From the NCBI RefSeq assembly GCF_030028105.1, contig NC_092384.1, forward strand, positions 12,550,316-12,614,315: a stretch of DNA of 64,000 nucleotides. The letters run 5' to 3'. This stretch comes from Mobula birostris. Taxonomy: Eukaryota. The position numbers and the translations under genes are program-made. The notes under the pieces are model-generated. The model was given only the letters and a program-made list of their open reading frames with translations, was not told the DNA's origin and searched no databases. Below are positions 1 to 12,341 of this stretch, in pieces (positions within the stretch are counted from its first letter, which is position 1; every line of letters begins with the position of its first letter).

Positions 1-662
1 CTCTGATCATAATGCATACTTTCTAAACCAGGCAGCATCCTGGTAAATCTCCTCTGTACCCTTTCCAATGCTTCCATATCCTTCCTATAGTGAGGTGACC
101 AGAACTGGACACAGTACTCCAAGTGTGGCCTAACCAGAGTTTTATAGAGCTGCATCATTACATCGCGACTCTTAAACTCTATCCCTCGACTTACGAAAGC
201 TAACACCCCATAAGCTTTCTTAACTACCCTATCCACCTGTGAGGCAACTTTCAGGGATCTGTGGACATGTACACCGACATCCCTCTGCTCCTCCACACTA
301 CCAAGTATCCTGCCATTTATTTTGTACTCTGCCTTGGAGTTTGTCCTTCCAAAGTGTACCACCTCACACTTCTCTGGGTTGAACTCCATCTGCCACTTCT
401 CAGCCCACTTCTGCATCCTGTCAATGTCTCTCTGCAATCTTCGACAATCCTCTACACTATGTACAACAACACCACCAACCTTTGTGTCGTCTGCAAACTT
501 GCCAACCCACCCTTCTACCCCCACATCCAGGTTGTTAATAAAAATCACGAAAAGTAGAGGTCCCAGAACAGATCCTTGTGGGACACCACTAGTCACAATC
601 CTCCAATCTGAATGTACTCCCTCCACCACCCTCTGCCTTCTGCAGGCAAGCCAATTCTGAAT
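1..662 (-). mobile_element. CR1 LINE fragment (RT C-terminal region), 5'-truncated
   Basis: The minus strand encodes CR1 RT motifs: GVPQGS-like, KFADDTK-like and [11 protein letters not shown]-like. The plus-strand ORFs 261..557 and 322..660 are its antisense shadow. Confidence 0.85.
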
Positions 663-719
663 CCAACCCTCTGCCTTCTGCAGGCAAGCCAATTCTGAAT
701 TATTAAAAGCACAAAAATG

Positions 720-965
720 ATTCCAACACCTCCCCCCACCCCACTCACCATTCCCCTCACCTGGCTTTGCCTATTACTTGCCAGCTTATACTCCTTCCCC
801 TTCCCCCACCACCTTATTCTTATTTCTTCTCCCTTCCTTTCCAGTGCTGATGAAAGGTTTTGGCCTGAAACATTGACTCTTTATTCCCCTCTGTAGATGC
901 TATCTAATTTGCCGAGTTTCCTCAGCATTTTGTGTGTTCCTCTGGATTTTCAGCATTTGCAGAAT
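720..965 (+). mobile_element. Penelope-like-derived repeat terminus with a decayed hammerhead-ribozyme core (842-879)
   Basis: A pyrimidine-rich tract is followed by cagtg-CTGATGA-aaggttttggcct-GAAAC-att-gactc and the tail 'agatgct...gagtttcctcagcattttgtgtg', which recurs many times in the window. Confidence 0.65.
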
Positions 966-1023
966 CTATTGTTTCTTCAGTCTGGATCCCAAAGCATTTG
1001 GTTTGGACTTGTCATAATTTGTA

Positions 1024-1042
1024 CCCCCCCCCCCCCCCCCCC
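1024..1042. repeat. Poly-C homopolymer (19 nt)
   Basis: Read directly from the sequence. Confidence 0.95.
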
Positions 1043-2199
1043 AGCTTGTAGTTTAAGAGCTCCAATTATTCAAGACTTTTTTTCTTGTAATTCCTGTAAT
1101 TCTTGGGGAATCTATATTGGGTCTTTTCTCTTGCTTTAACATTCATACTGCTAACAGTAAGCCCGACACTGAACACTGCTCACACCAATTCAGCCAGACA
1201 TGTCTGTGGTTACACTGAAAGAAGTTGCATATTTTATCCCACAGGAAATGCATGTCTAGTGATGCCTGAATCTGAAGTAACACAAAATACATCAAAAAAA
1301 ATCCAGACAAATGGCCTTGATCTAAATGTCTGCTGTCTATTTCACTCCTGGATGCTGCCTGGACCACTGAGTTCCTCCAGTATGTTGTGACACTGAATCC
1401 TTCAGTGCTGTTTACTTGCTCTGGAATTATTCATATTTCAGATTTATTTAGATATATACTTGGAAATAGCTTCCACCTTTTGGGTATTGCTCCAATACCT
1501 AATGGGTATTGATAAAATCTCATCCCTTGCCCACCTTCAAATGTGATCTGCTAGTCCACCAGAGGAACTTCTCTTCCATCAAGCATCTGGTTGCCTCAAA
1601 GGATAAGACTTTGAGAACTGGAGTTCATGCAGTAACAACTTAAATGTCAGCTTTACCCTTTCAGCTTCGCATTTCATCAGTAATGAGGTGCTGCTTTGAA
1701 TGTTATAAATCAAATTGACTAATATTCACATTCCCATGCTTGTATTCTTGAAGAACTTAATTCTAGATGCATACTGTTAGTGGATCACTTTCCATTTGGG
1801 TACTTGTACTGTTGATGATGCCTCCAGTTTTTGGTGTTCAATAAATTACAGCTTAAGCTCCAACTTTGTTGAAATTACTCTGGCTGAGTGTAGCTCATAG
1901 GCCTAGAGTACGAAAATACCAGACACTGTAGTCATGAAACCATAGCAATTGCAACTGTTTGCTTCCCTTTTGCAAACCTGTTTGCAACTCTCAGTTGCTG
2001 AATGTCAGGGCTTTTCACTGGGGTGAAAAAGGCAAAAATGATTTTTCTCTTGTCTTTGTTATTTTAACTGGCATTTCCAGCTCTGAGCATATTTTTCTTG
2101 TGTTGGTAGATGATTTTTATTCCATTACTTGCACATACAATCAGTCTGTCTATAAGAATCTTGTGCATATACAGCCACCCTCAACAGTTACTTTACCTT

Positions 2200-2480
2200 T
2201 TCAGCCATTTTACCTGTTCTGCTTGTCTCTTCCTAGCTTCATTTCTCCCCTCCCTGCCCACTTGGCTTCACCTATCACCTAGCTTCTACTCCTTCCCCTT
2301 CTCAAACCTTCTTAATCTGGATTCTTTCCCCTTCCTTGTCCTGAAGCCCAGCAGAGACCCTACTCTGCTCAAAACACTGAATTCTTGTTCATGTCTATAG
2401 ATGCTGCCTGACCTGCTGATTTCCTCCTGTATGTTCTGCGTTATTCTGGATTTCCAGTATCTGCACAATCTCTTGTGTTG
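2200..2480 (+). mobile_element. Penelope-like-derived repeat terminus (decayed)
   Basis: Same family tail: 'atagatgctgcctgacctgctgatttcctcctg...ctggatttccagtatctgca'. Confidence 0.6.
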
Positions 2481-2661
2481 GAGTTACTTGTACATTATTA
2501 TAGAGTTGCTTTTATTTATAGTCTTTTGGGGTTTTTGTATTTCTTTTTAATGCTACAACAGATCTGGAGTAACAATCCTTTTATTTTCCTTTACAGTTGT
2601 ACTGAAGAATGACAATATTGAATATTGAATCTGGAATCTAATTAATTTGATTTCCTTGCAG

Positions 2662-2780
2662 GGGCCATAGTCTATTACTTTATGAAGATTCCAGAAAATG
2701 AGCGCCATGACTCTGCTGTAGAGAGGAACAAGAAGGCACTGAATGCAGAACTGAAGTTGTGGGAAGGATACTTTGAGAAG
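2662..2780 (+). CDS. gstr: Rho-class glutathione S-transferase, internal coding exon (phase 1 to 0)
   Basis: Acceptor tttccttgcag and donor GAAG|gtaaag. Translates (x)AIVYYFMKIPENERHDSAVERNKKALNAELKLWEGYFEK, matching fish rho/GST-A 'VPEAERHDSAVKRNKENLSTELKLWE'. Confidence 0.92.
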
Positions 2781-3009
2781 GTAAAGGGTGTTTATGAAGA
2801 AACCGAGAGTTAACTGCTTGGTCAGTAGGAGTAATGACAAGTTTTGCTGCAGAAGTATTGTATTTTTCATTGAGTACCTGGATTTGAGCTCAGATCCAAT
2901 CTACATTCCAGATGCTGTTTGAATTTGGCTGATTTGACTCCCTCTGTTTTCTGTTCAATTTGATTTAAATCTGCAATGGAGGTCTGCAGCCCAAAAAGCA
3001 AAGGTAATT

Positions 3010-3675
3010 GGCTCCAGTAAGATGGTGGCACACTCAGATGCAATGGCCTCTATGCAGCCAACCAAAGATATTATTGTCCTTTTTTAATTACTTTATGATT
3101 ACAAGACACTGCTGAATATTAAGAACTTCAAGTACTGCAGGTCTGCCACATCAGTGGAGGAGCAGGGTGGTGTGGACTGTTCAAAGGCAGTGTTCAGTCT
3201 AACAGCATTTAGTCTTACCAGTCTTGGACATTTTTCTTGTGATCATAAGATCCTGTTGGAATTTGGCAATGTGGAATGCTGCAAGTCTGGTTCACTGGTT
3301 TATTGGTGGGACTGGCAGTGTGTGAGCTGTGTGGCCTTGGTTGTAGCACAGACCTGCTACACCTCATGCTGCAACTGTTCCTTGAGGAAGCAGTATAGTG
3401 CAGCATCAGTATGGTGCTGGTATCAGTGCTGCTCTCTAGTGTTTGCTCAGTGGAAAACCAGCTGGATTGCATTTATCTGCAGACTGCTGTGGGCTTCTTG
3501 CTGATAACGTTCATGCACTGAGGGATGTGGGCTGTTTTAATCTTGTATGACTGTATATTTACTGCTATCTTGTGTGGCTTGTGCTCAGTATGAATGTTAG
3601 TAATGTTTTGCACCCTGGTCCTGGAGGAACACTCTTTTGTTGGGCTGTATTTGAATGACAATTAAAAGTAAATGA
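3010..3675 (+). mobile_element. Non-autonomous LINE-derived repeat (Rex/L2-type 3' tail)
   Basis: Starts 'ctccagtaagatggtggc' and ends with the tail 'ttgcaccctggtcctggaggaacac...gaatgacaattaaaag'. A similar tail recurs near 41650-41750. Confidence 0.5.
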
Positions 3676-3769
3676 CACATTCAAGACAAACTGTTGCAAA
3701 GACATGCTAACCTTCCAAATATCCCATATGTGTATCTGTTCTATGCCTGTGAGTAATGTACTAATAAAC

Positions 3770-4015
3770 ACAGGAGATTCTGCAGACGATGGAAACCTTG
3801 AATAACACACAAAATGCTGAAGGATATCAACAGGTCAGGTAACATCTGTGGAAAGGAACAAACAGTTGACATTTTGCACTGAAACTAGACTAGAAAGGAA
3901 GGTGGGGGTGAGAAGTCAGAATAAAAGGTGCAGTGATAGTTGGGGAAGGAGTACCATTTGGCAGGTGAACCCAGATAAGGGGGTAAAGGGAGGATGAAGT
4001 GGAAAGAGTTAGTAA
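3770..4015 (-). mobile_element. Penelope-like-derived repeat terminus (decayed)
   Basis: Reverse copy of the same tail: 'acacacaaaatgctgaagg...caggtcaggtaacatctgtgga'. Confidence 0.6.
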
Positions 4016-4470
4016 TAGAACCATAGAACACCACAGCACAGAAAACAGGCCATTCAGCCCTTCTAGTTTGTGCTGAAATATTATTCCGCTAGTCCCATTG
4101 ACCTGCATCCAGTCCATAACCCTCCAGACCTCTCCCATCCATGTACCTATCCAATTTATTCTTAAAACTTAAATGAGCCAGCATTTACCATGTCAGATGG
4201 CAGCTCGTTCCACACTCCCACCACTCTCTGAAGGAGTTCCCCCTAATGTTCCCCCTGAAGCTTTCCCCTTTCACCCTAAAGCCATGTCCCCTCGTATTTA
4301 TCTCTCCTAATCTAAGTGGAAAGAACCTATTCACATTTACTGTCTATACCCCTCAATTTTGTAAAACTCTATCAAATCTCCCCTCATTCTTCTACACTCC
4401 AAGGAATAAAGTCCTAACCTGTTCAATCTTTCCCTGTAACTCCTGAAGACTGGGCACCATCCTAGTAAAT
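4016..4470 (-). mobile_element. CR1 LINE 3' end
   Basis: Starts with the reverse-complement CR1 tail (atagaaccatagaac), followed by the CR1 3' UTR and ORF2 C-terminus. Confidence 0.8.
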
Positions 4471-5594
4471 CTAATGGACTGTTTGATTACATTATATACC
4501 CCATCATTAGTATAGAATGTTTTGCCTGTTTTTATTGGCCCACACTGCCTTTTAATATTGGCAGTGTTTCAGTCATCTCTTTAATTTTATAATGCAAAAT
4601 GTATTGGATTCCCTGGTTAAGATCATTGTAGATTTGCAGGTCAGTGTTTTATAAAGTCAAACCAAAAACAAAATTTGGACATGCTTCAAGCTAAGTCTCA
4701 TTGGAGAGGAAGTTAATTAGTCAGAAATTGTAACATTCTTCTCCTCTCCTGCAGATGCTGACTGTCTCCTGAGACTTCCAGCATATTTTAGTATAATGGC
4801 TTATACTGGAAACGTGAAATACTCTGCTTCAGAATGTTAGTTTAAATTTGTTCATTGCTATCAAGATTTTCTCTTGTTTGTGGCTGTAAATTGACCAGGA
4901 GAGCTAGTTGGCTGTTTATAAGGGTAGTAATCAGCTCCAGATAAATTCAATGCCACTTGCCCTACAGTTTGTCTGTTCCCATGTGTACAATTAATAGCTC
5001 TTGCTTGCTCTTTAAATTTGCCCAAAAGTACTTCTTGCTTTTAATAAAAAAAAAAGTGTGTGTGCTTTTTAGGGCGGGGGAATGTTCCTCTTTTATAGAG
5101 AAAAACTGTGTTTCTTACCCCAAGTTGTAACAACTTTATCTTGTCTGTTATCTTGATTAGAAATATTTTGGATTTTTCAGTTGTATGAAAGAATACAACA
5201 ATCAATCTGAACCTCAACTCTTTTACTGTTTGGCATCAATCCAGATTTGATGAAACTCTTGTTGCACGATGATGTAGAGGGAGGGAAATGCAGTCACTTT
5301 CCAGCTAACGTGCACTGATGCCTGGTCTGATAACACCCAACCCTTGTTTAAATGGTGCCATCAGCTCAACTTTTGGATGAATTATCAGATGCTGGAACAT
5401 AAATCTTGATAAGTTGCTGTGAAAGTATTGGTCACATTCTTTTTATGGCACTTAATCTCTATTCTATTTTGGTTTAATTATCTTTTACAGAATAAACTCA
5501 GTTCTATGATTTACCATTTATTCTCTCCATTTTTAAGTATCTATCAGGGTGCATCTTTTGATCAATTGCACACTGAGTTTGCTTTCTCTTCTAG

Positions 5595-5683
5595 TTGCCT
5601 ACCGATTCCCACATTGCAGGGAAGAGTTTCACAATGGCGGATGTAATGCTGTTCCCACAGTTGGCCTATGCTATTCGCTTTGG
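5595..5683 (+). CDS. gstr: Rho-class GST, penultimate coding exon (phase 0 to 2)
   Basis: Acceptor ttctcttctag and donor TTTGG|gtgagt. Translates LPTDSHIAGKSFTMADVMLFPQLAYAIRF(G), containing the GST C-terminal 'G..F.LAD' motif. In frame with both flanking exons. Confidence 0.92.
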
Positions 5684-5754
5684 GTGAGTGGAAAAATAGA
5701 ATTAGTTTATTGACATATTTTACCAGCATAGCCATTTCCTGTTTGCCGTCTCCA

Positions 5755-6075
5755 GTGTCTTTCACTCAGAGGCTTTTTCCCAGGGCTGAGATGGCTACCA
5801 CAAGAGGGCACAGGTTGAAGGTGCTTGGGATTAGTTTCAGAAGAGACGTCAGGGTAAGTTTTTTACGCATGGAATGGTGAATGTGTGGAATGGGCTGCTG
5901 ACAATGGTGGCGGAGGCGGATACAATAGGGTCTTTTAAGAGACTTTTGGATGGGTACATGGAGCTTAGAAAAATAGAGGACAATGGGTAAGCCTAGTAAT
6001 TTCTAAGGTAAGAACATGTTCAGCACAACTTTGTGAGCTGAAGGGCCTGTATTTTGCTGTAGGTTTTCTATGTCT
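5755..6075 (+). mobile_element. CR1 LINE 3' end in GST intron
   Basis: Encodes QRLFPRAEMATTRGHRLKV, followed by the 3' UTR and a 'ttttctatgt' tail. Confidence 0.85.
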
Positions 6076-6386
6076 ACCAGTGTTTCAACTGTGCAGAAAA
6101 TGGCATAGCTAGCTTGTGCACAGTTAGCTCCACCAACCCATTATCTCACTGTTTAGTTTTAGTAATAAAATAACCAAAATGTCAGGGGCAACTGTTCTAG
6201 TGCCATGAAGCTATTTCACATCTGAAAGCTATTTGATGATTTGTCTTGGTTATTGTCCCTCAAACGGTACGGCTCTTTCTGTGCTATGTAGCATTACCCT
6301 GAATTTTCTGCTTGTTCTTTGCACAAGGAAAACATTGGCTCTCTAGCACTTCACTGACAGACGTTCAGTTCAAAGAGAACACCCAG

Positions 6387-7290
6387 TGTTATAAAGGGGG
6401 GGGGGGGGGGTGTTGGTGCTGGACCCAAATGCAAGACACAGACACTGAAGTACTAGGAACAGGACTAAGAGTGTCAAAGCAAGGGAATTGGAGAAGAAAC
6501 GACTCTGGACAAGACACAGGCCCTGTATGAGACTAGGATACAGGGCCTGGGCTAGGACTAGACTAGGAAAGCGGGACCTGGACGAGAAATTAGGAACTTG
6601 GAACCAGGACAAGGACTCCGAGCCAGGGACTGGATGGGGACCCGGAACCTGGGTCTTGACTCTGGCTCGGTCTCCAGATCTAGGTGAGGACAACACGTGA
6701 CAAGGCAACAGGACTGAACTTGGCGGCAGAATGCGGCACCAGAATTGGGTGAGGACACGAAGCTCAGACTTGGTTTTGGGAGACAGGAACATGGAACGTA
6801 GGGCCGGGAACCCTCCTCGGGAACAGGACATAGGGCCGGGACTCATACACAGAATGCTGAACACGAGATGGTTCCCAACGCAAGGTAGCGGCAAATGGCC
6901 GGACCTACCTTGCGAAGGTGTGGACACAGATTGTTCCCAACACGGTGGCGGCAAACGGCTGGACCCCACACAGAGACAGTTCCAAACAATGATAGACAGT
7001 TCCTTATCTGGACACAGCAAGTTTCCAGTCTTGCTCTGGCGGTAGAACTTGACAGCGAGAATAGGCAAGGACACAGACGAAGCTACAGCCAAGTGCTGCA
7101 GAAGGAAGGGAAGGGAACAGTCCAGCAACTCAAGCTGAACCCAGGAGCAATTTATGTAGCAGCCCAAAATGAGAATCATGTTTCTCAATAGGCACCCCAA
7201 CAGAACAAGGGAAAATCAGAAAATCTGGAATGAGGATCGTTGGACCGGACTGTGAACCAGAATGCGGACTTTATGGACCGGACCATGACA
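6387..7290 (-). mobile_element. Solo LTR of a sushi-type Ty3/Gypsy element in the last GST intron
   Basis: On the minus strand it begins TGTCATGGTCCGG and ends ...TTTATAACA, about 0.9 kb. Its 3' end (gtcttgcatttgggtcc) resembles the LTR end at 61636-61680. No clean TSD was found. Confidence 0.65.
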
Positions 7291-7705
7291 TCTACAGTAG
7301 AGCTGAGGGAATGCACAATTCCCTTCCCTACCTGTTGGTCTTGTCCATTTTGCATGTAAAGTCTGTTGCCTAATGCTAATTGCTAACCCTTTGAATATTA
7401 TAGATTATCATTTCACTTCCCTTGTGCTAAAAGTTCTTGAATATGAAAATGCATGATTTCACTTAACAGTGTCTTCCACCCATTCTCCATGATAACGAAT
7501 AGTGGAGTTTCACTGTCAGATGGCAACATGATCTATAAGCTTTCTCAAATTGGACTAAATCTATACAGCAGATCTGGTCCAAAAGTTGTTCCAAGGCAGC
7601 TTGAGCATGTGTCAAATTGTAGGAAGGTATCTATTCCTGATTAGATATATAAGTACCTCTGTTATAGTTTAACTTGCTTTCAGTATTCTTCCATTAATTT
7701 TCTAG

Positions 7706-7838
7706 GCTGTCAGTTGACAAATACCCCAAGCTGTTCAATTATTACACCAGAGTGAAAGAGCGGCCAAGCATCCAGGCCTCATGGCCTCCCCATTGGAAGG
7801 AGAGCCCTCCAACCATAGATGTACTGAAGGATATTTGA
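7706..7838 (+). CDS. gstr: Rho-class GST, last coding exon to TGA
   Basis: Acceptor ttttctag, phase 2. Translates (G)LSVDKYPKLFNYYTRVKERPSIQASWPPHWKESPPTIDVLKDI*, matching the rho-class C-terminus 'RPSIKASWPPTW'. Confidence 0.93.
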
Positions 7839-7944
7839 GGTTCTAGAAAGCACCACTGTCTTGACTTTTTAATTCATGTAACGTATGGTGAAATGTTGCT
7901 CCTGTTTGCCTTGGAATTAGCAACAATGCAGGATTGTGCTGTGC

Positions 7945-7950
7945 AATAAA
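7945..7950 (+). terminator. Probable GST polyadenylation signal (AATAAA)
   Basis: AATAAA lies about 105 nt after the stop. A further ATTAAA and AATAAA occur near 7982-7997, followed by GT-rich sequence. Confidence 0.6.
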
Positions 7951-8454
7951 AGCTGTAACACTGCAGGCTTATTTTTGTTGCATTAAAAGTTAATAAACTA
8001 TTCAGAAATCTGTCTTGTATTTGTGTTCTCTTGTCTACATCACCAAATGGGAATTTGGATGAGTTGCCAAGAGGACATTAGTCACTGGCAAGTACTTTGT
8101 TCCTCATTAAGGGCAAGCCCCTCAAAATCCCGCCAAGGGCAATTGGGAGTCTTTAGTGAAAAGTGAAAGATGCTGATGTATTATGTGTTGTTTTTGGGTG
8201 GTTGTACAGATTTGGTCCAAGATAAGAGACCATACTCTACCACATTAGCATCAATACACTTGCATGTTTATAAAAATACATGTCACATACAGACATCTCG
8301 ATTACCCATTCCTTTATCTTCTGTCCCTCACTTTGGAGAACAATATCACTGAATTTATTATTAACTAATGAGAATTGAGGACTAAAACAAAACAATTGCA
8401 CATATGAAACTGAGAACCAGTAGAATTTTGCATTGTTTTCCCTGTCATGTGCTG

Positions 8455-8835
8455 TTATGACCATTAGACCATTATGACCATCAGGAGTAGAGCCAGGTCA
8501 TTCAGCCCATTAAGTTTGCTCTGCTATTTGATCATAGGTGATTTATTAACCCTCTCTACCCCATTCTCTTGCTTTCTCCCTATAACCTGTGACAATGTCA
8601 CTAAGCAAGAACCTGTCATGCTCCACTTTAAATATACTTGATGACTTTGTCTTCACAGCTCTCTGTGGCAATGAATTTCACAAATTCTGAGGGTAAAGAA
8701 ACTTGTCCTCATCTCTATTCTAAACTAATGTCCTTCTATTCTGAGGTTGTCCCTTCTGATTATAGACTTGCCCACTAGTTGAACCATCCTTTCCATATCT
8801 ACTCTTAACCTGGCCTTCCACCATTTAGTAAGTTT
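8455..8835 (-). mobile_element. Old CR1 3' end
   Basis: Reverse tail 'gaccattagaccattatgaccat' followed by a decayed CR1 3' UTR and ORF2 end. Confidence 0.65.
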
Positions 8836-9229
8836 TAATGAGATCAGTGAGAAAATTTAATAATTGTCACTTTATAAAAGTCCTTGCACTGTTCCCTCCT
8901 GTTTCATTCTGTCACCACCACATCCCTTTTTAAAATAACTTTGCAATTCCCAAGGCTTTGGCAGACCTATCTATGAAAATTCATGAGCCCAACTATGGGG
9001 CAGGGGTCAAGAATCTATTTCCTATGCTGCCAGTCAGAAATAATAAACAAACCTTCACAGCAACCCTACACCAGAAAGTAAGTCTGGGCAGCAGGATTAA
9101 TCCATTGCCTTTGAAGCTAAGATTATCAGGTTGTCACAGAATTTGTTTTTAGCCTCTTTAAGAGAGGGAGGAGATCACAGCATGCACTCTGCTGACTTCC
9201 ACACAGTCCTCTTGATGTGGTGGTGATAT

Positions 9230-9610
9230 TGGATAAATCAAATGCCACTTTGCAAATCTCTCCCCTCAGCAGTGGAAACCCTGAATTTATAGTTGTCTGC
9301 CACTTTAATTCCCTGTCTGTCCCACTTCACCCCTCCCCCTTTCCCTCTTCCTCACCCTCACTTTCTCCCCCTCTTGCACCTTTTCTCCCTCACTCGTTCT
9401 CAATATCCTCCAATATATCAACTGGGCAGTTCATATCACCATGGAAACCTTTTCTGCATCCTATCAAACATATACCTTCAACCCTCCCCTATCTCTGCAA
9501 CCTAGAACCTCACTTTTCTAGTTTTGAAGCACACTATTCACTAGCTCCTTTTGTACATGCATTGCTTGCTGAGTGTTTCTAGAGTCTTTTGATTTTCGAC
9601 ATCTGTCATC
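9230..9610 (+). mobile_element. Penelope-like fragment (3' part, decayed)
   Basis: Contains 'gttgtctgccactttaattcc' (the VACHFNS motif downstream of GIY-YIG), a pyrimidine tract and the family tail. Confidence 0.5.
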
Positions 9611-9688
9611 TTCATTTTTTTTTCTTGTTTTCCACAAGGTAAAAATGTCAGTCTCCCAAAATAGAACTGAGAGAAATTAGAGTACTAT

Positions 9689-12341
9689 TGTTACATACCC
9701 GTGGGTATCTTGTGACTGTCTTATGACCATGATGTAATTGAGTATCTTGTGAGCATGATGTAATTGTCTTGTGATGGTGGGGTGATGTAATTTTCCTGCC
9801 AGTGAGGTCACATGATGTAATTTTCCTGCCGGTGTGAGGTCACGTGATGGCATGTTCCAACAGGTATATAAGGGGAAACCCCCGTTGGCATGCAGTTAGT
9901 TCATCAGTTAGTTTGTTAGTTAGTTTTGCTGCGTATTCGTCTCATGACACAGTTTCATTTTAAAGTGGAGTTTTTACTTTCTATTGTAAGGTGTAAACAC
10001 ATTGTGCCGGCAGTTTCGCCAGTTGCTGCCGGTTCTTGTTTGCTGCACCTTTGTTTTACCTTTATAGTCTAGTATTCGACAGTGACAACCTTACCAAAAT
10101 ACGGGAACTTGAAGGATTGAGTAAAGTTGGTGTCGTTGGGCAGTTTTATTAAGGATTGACCTTATTGAATCTTCGTTCAGGAATAGTGGCCTGCATCTGA
10201 GATAACCCCTGCAAGATCAGGAAGGTTTGTGCAGTGTTTACCCTCCAGGAAAAGGTCAGTTCCTTTAAGCCGTTTTATTTCCTTCGCCCTGAATCCTTTG
10301 GACGAGGCATCTCACGGCTGGGATCAGCAGTAATGTCACGTCTTCGAAGAAATCAGTTTCCAGGAAAGTCTCTCCTTATTGACTGTATAAATCACTTGGA
10401 CTTTCGAATTTACCACTTTAAGACTGTGTTTGAATTTACCACTTTAAGAACTGTTCCAGAGTTCGGTTGTTTGTTAAATTGCCGTACAGCAGTTAACATA
10501 GAAAATAGGTGCAGGAGTAGGCCATTCGGCCCTTCGAGCCTGCACCGCCATTTATTATGATCATGGCTGATCATCCAACTCAGAACCCCACCCCAGCCTT
10601 CTCTCCATCCCCCATAGCCACAAGGGCCATATCTAACTCCCTCTTAAATATAGCCAATGAACTGGCCTCAACTGTTTCCTGTGGCAGAGAATTCCACAGA
10701 TTCACCACTCTCTGTGTGAAGAAGTTTTTCCTAATCTTGGTCCTAAAAGGCTTCCCCTCTATCCTCAAACTGTGACCCCTCGTTCTGGACTTCCCCAACA
10801 TCGGGAACAATCTTCCTGCATCTAGCCTGTCCAATCCCTTCAGGATCTTATAAGTTTCAATCAGATCCCCCCTCAATCTTCTAAATTCCAACGAGTACAA
10901 GCCCAGTTCATCCAGTCTTTCATCATATGAAAGTCCTGCCATCCCAGGAATCAATCTGGTGAACCTTCTGTGTACTCCCTCTATGGCAAGGATGTCTTTC
11001 CTCAGATTAGGGGACCAAAACTGCACACAATACTCCAGGTGTGGTCTCACCAAGGCCTTGTACAACTGCAGTAGTACCTCCCTGCTCCTGTACTCAAATC
11101 CTCTCGCTATAAATGCCAGCATACCATTCGCCTTTTTCACTGCCTGCTGTACCTGCATGCCCACTTTCAATGAATGGTGTATAATGACACCCAGGTCTCG
11201 TTGCACCTCCCCTTTTCCTAATCAGCCACCATTCAGATAATAATCTGTTTTCCTATTTTTGCCACCAAAGTGGATAACTTCACATTTATCCACATTAAAT
11301 TGCATCTACCATGAATTTGCCCACTCACCCAACCTATCCAAGTCACCCTGCATCCTCTTAGCATCCTCCTCACAGCTAACACTGCCACCCAGCTTCGTGT
11401 CATCTGCAAACTTGGAGATGCTGCATTTAATTCCCTCATCCAAGTCATTAATATATATTGTAAACAACTGGGGTCCCAGCACTGAGCCTTGCGGTACCCC
11501 ACTAGTCACCGCCTGCCATTCTGAAAAGGTCCCGTTTATTCCCACTCTTTGCTTCCTGTCTGCTAACCAACTCTCCACCCACACCGATACCTTACCCCCA
11601 ATACCGTGTGCTTTAAGTTTGCACACTAATCTCCTGTGTGGGACCTTGTCAAAAGCCTTCTGAAAATCCAAATAAACCACATCCACTGGTTCTCCCCTAT
11701 CCACTCTACTAGTTACATCCTCAAAAAATTCTATGAGATTCGTCAGACATGATTTTCCTTTCACAAATCCATGCTGACTTTGTCCGATCATTTCACCACT
11801 TTCCAAATGTGCTGTTATCACATCCTTGATAACTGACTCCAGCAGTTTCCCCACCACCAACGTTAGGCTAACCGGTCTATAATTCCCTGGTTTCTCTCTC
11901 CCTCCTTTTTTAAAAAGTGGAGTTACATTAGCCACCCTCCAATCCTCAGGAACTAGTCCAGAATCTAACGAGTTTTGAAAAATTATCACTAATGCATCCA
12001 ATATTTCTTGGGCTACTTCCTTAAGCACCCTGGGATGCAGACCATCTGGCCCTGGGGATTTATCTGCCTTCAATCCCTTCAATTTACCTAACACCACTTC
12101 CCTACTAACATGTATTTCGCTCAGTTCCTCCATCTCACTGGACCCTCTGTCCCCTACTATTTCTGGAAGACTATTTATATCCTCCTTAGTGAAGACAGAA
12201 CTAAAGTAATTATTCAATTCAGGTTAACTTCAGGTTAAGTTAGTCATTTGTTTACTTTTCACTATTGTTGAGTAGAGTTTAATAAATGTTTATGTTTGTT
12301 TATATAACTCAATTCTATATTCATTGTTGCCAACCATGTAA
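9689..12341 (+). mobile_element. Gypsy-type solo LTR (about 9689-10496 plus about 12220-12341) split by a CR1 insertion
   Basis: Starts TGTTACA. Four tgatgtaatt repeats and 'gtgaggtcacgtgatg' are shared with the LTRs at 49622 and 58961. TATA near 9865. An AATAAA-containing remainder ending 'catgtaac' follows the CR1. The right boundary is uncertain. Confidence 0.6.
10497..12218 (-). mobile_element. Young CR1 LINE, 5'-truncated, RT domain to 3' tail, frameshifted
   Basis: ORFs 11306..12217 and 10580..11206 carry [17 protein letters not shown]-like, [29 protein letters not shown] and [11 protein letters not shown]. Confidence 0.95.

Noticed and set aside
6370-7200. 276-aa ORF and overlapping ORFs in the GST intron
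   Set aside because: They lie wholly inside a GC-rich, internally repetitive solo LTR, with low-complexity translations and no splice support.
8170-8352. MLMYYVLFLGGCT as a second leader next to an IRF-like motif
   Set aside because: There is no convincing splice donor, and no downstream domain exon.
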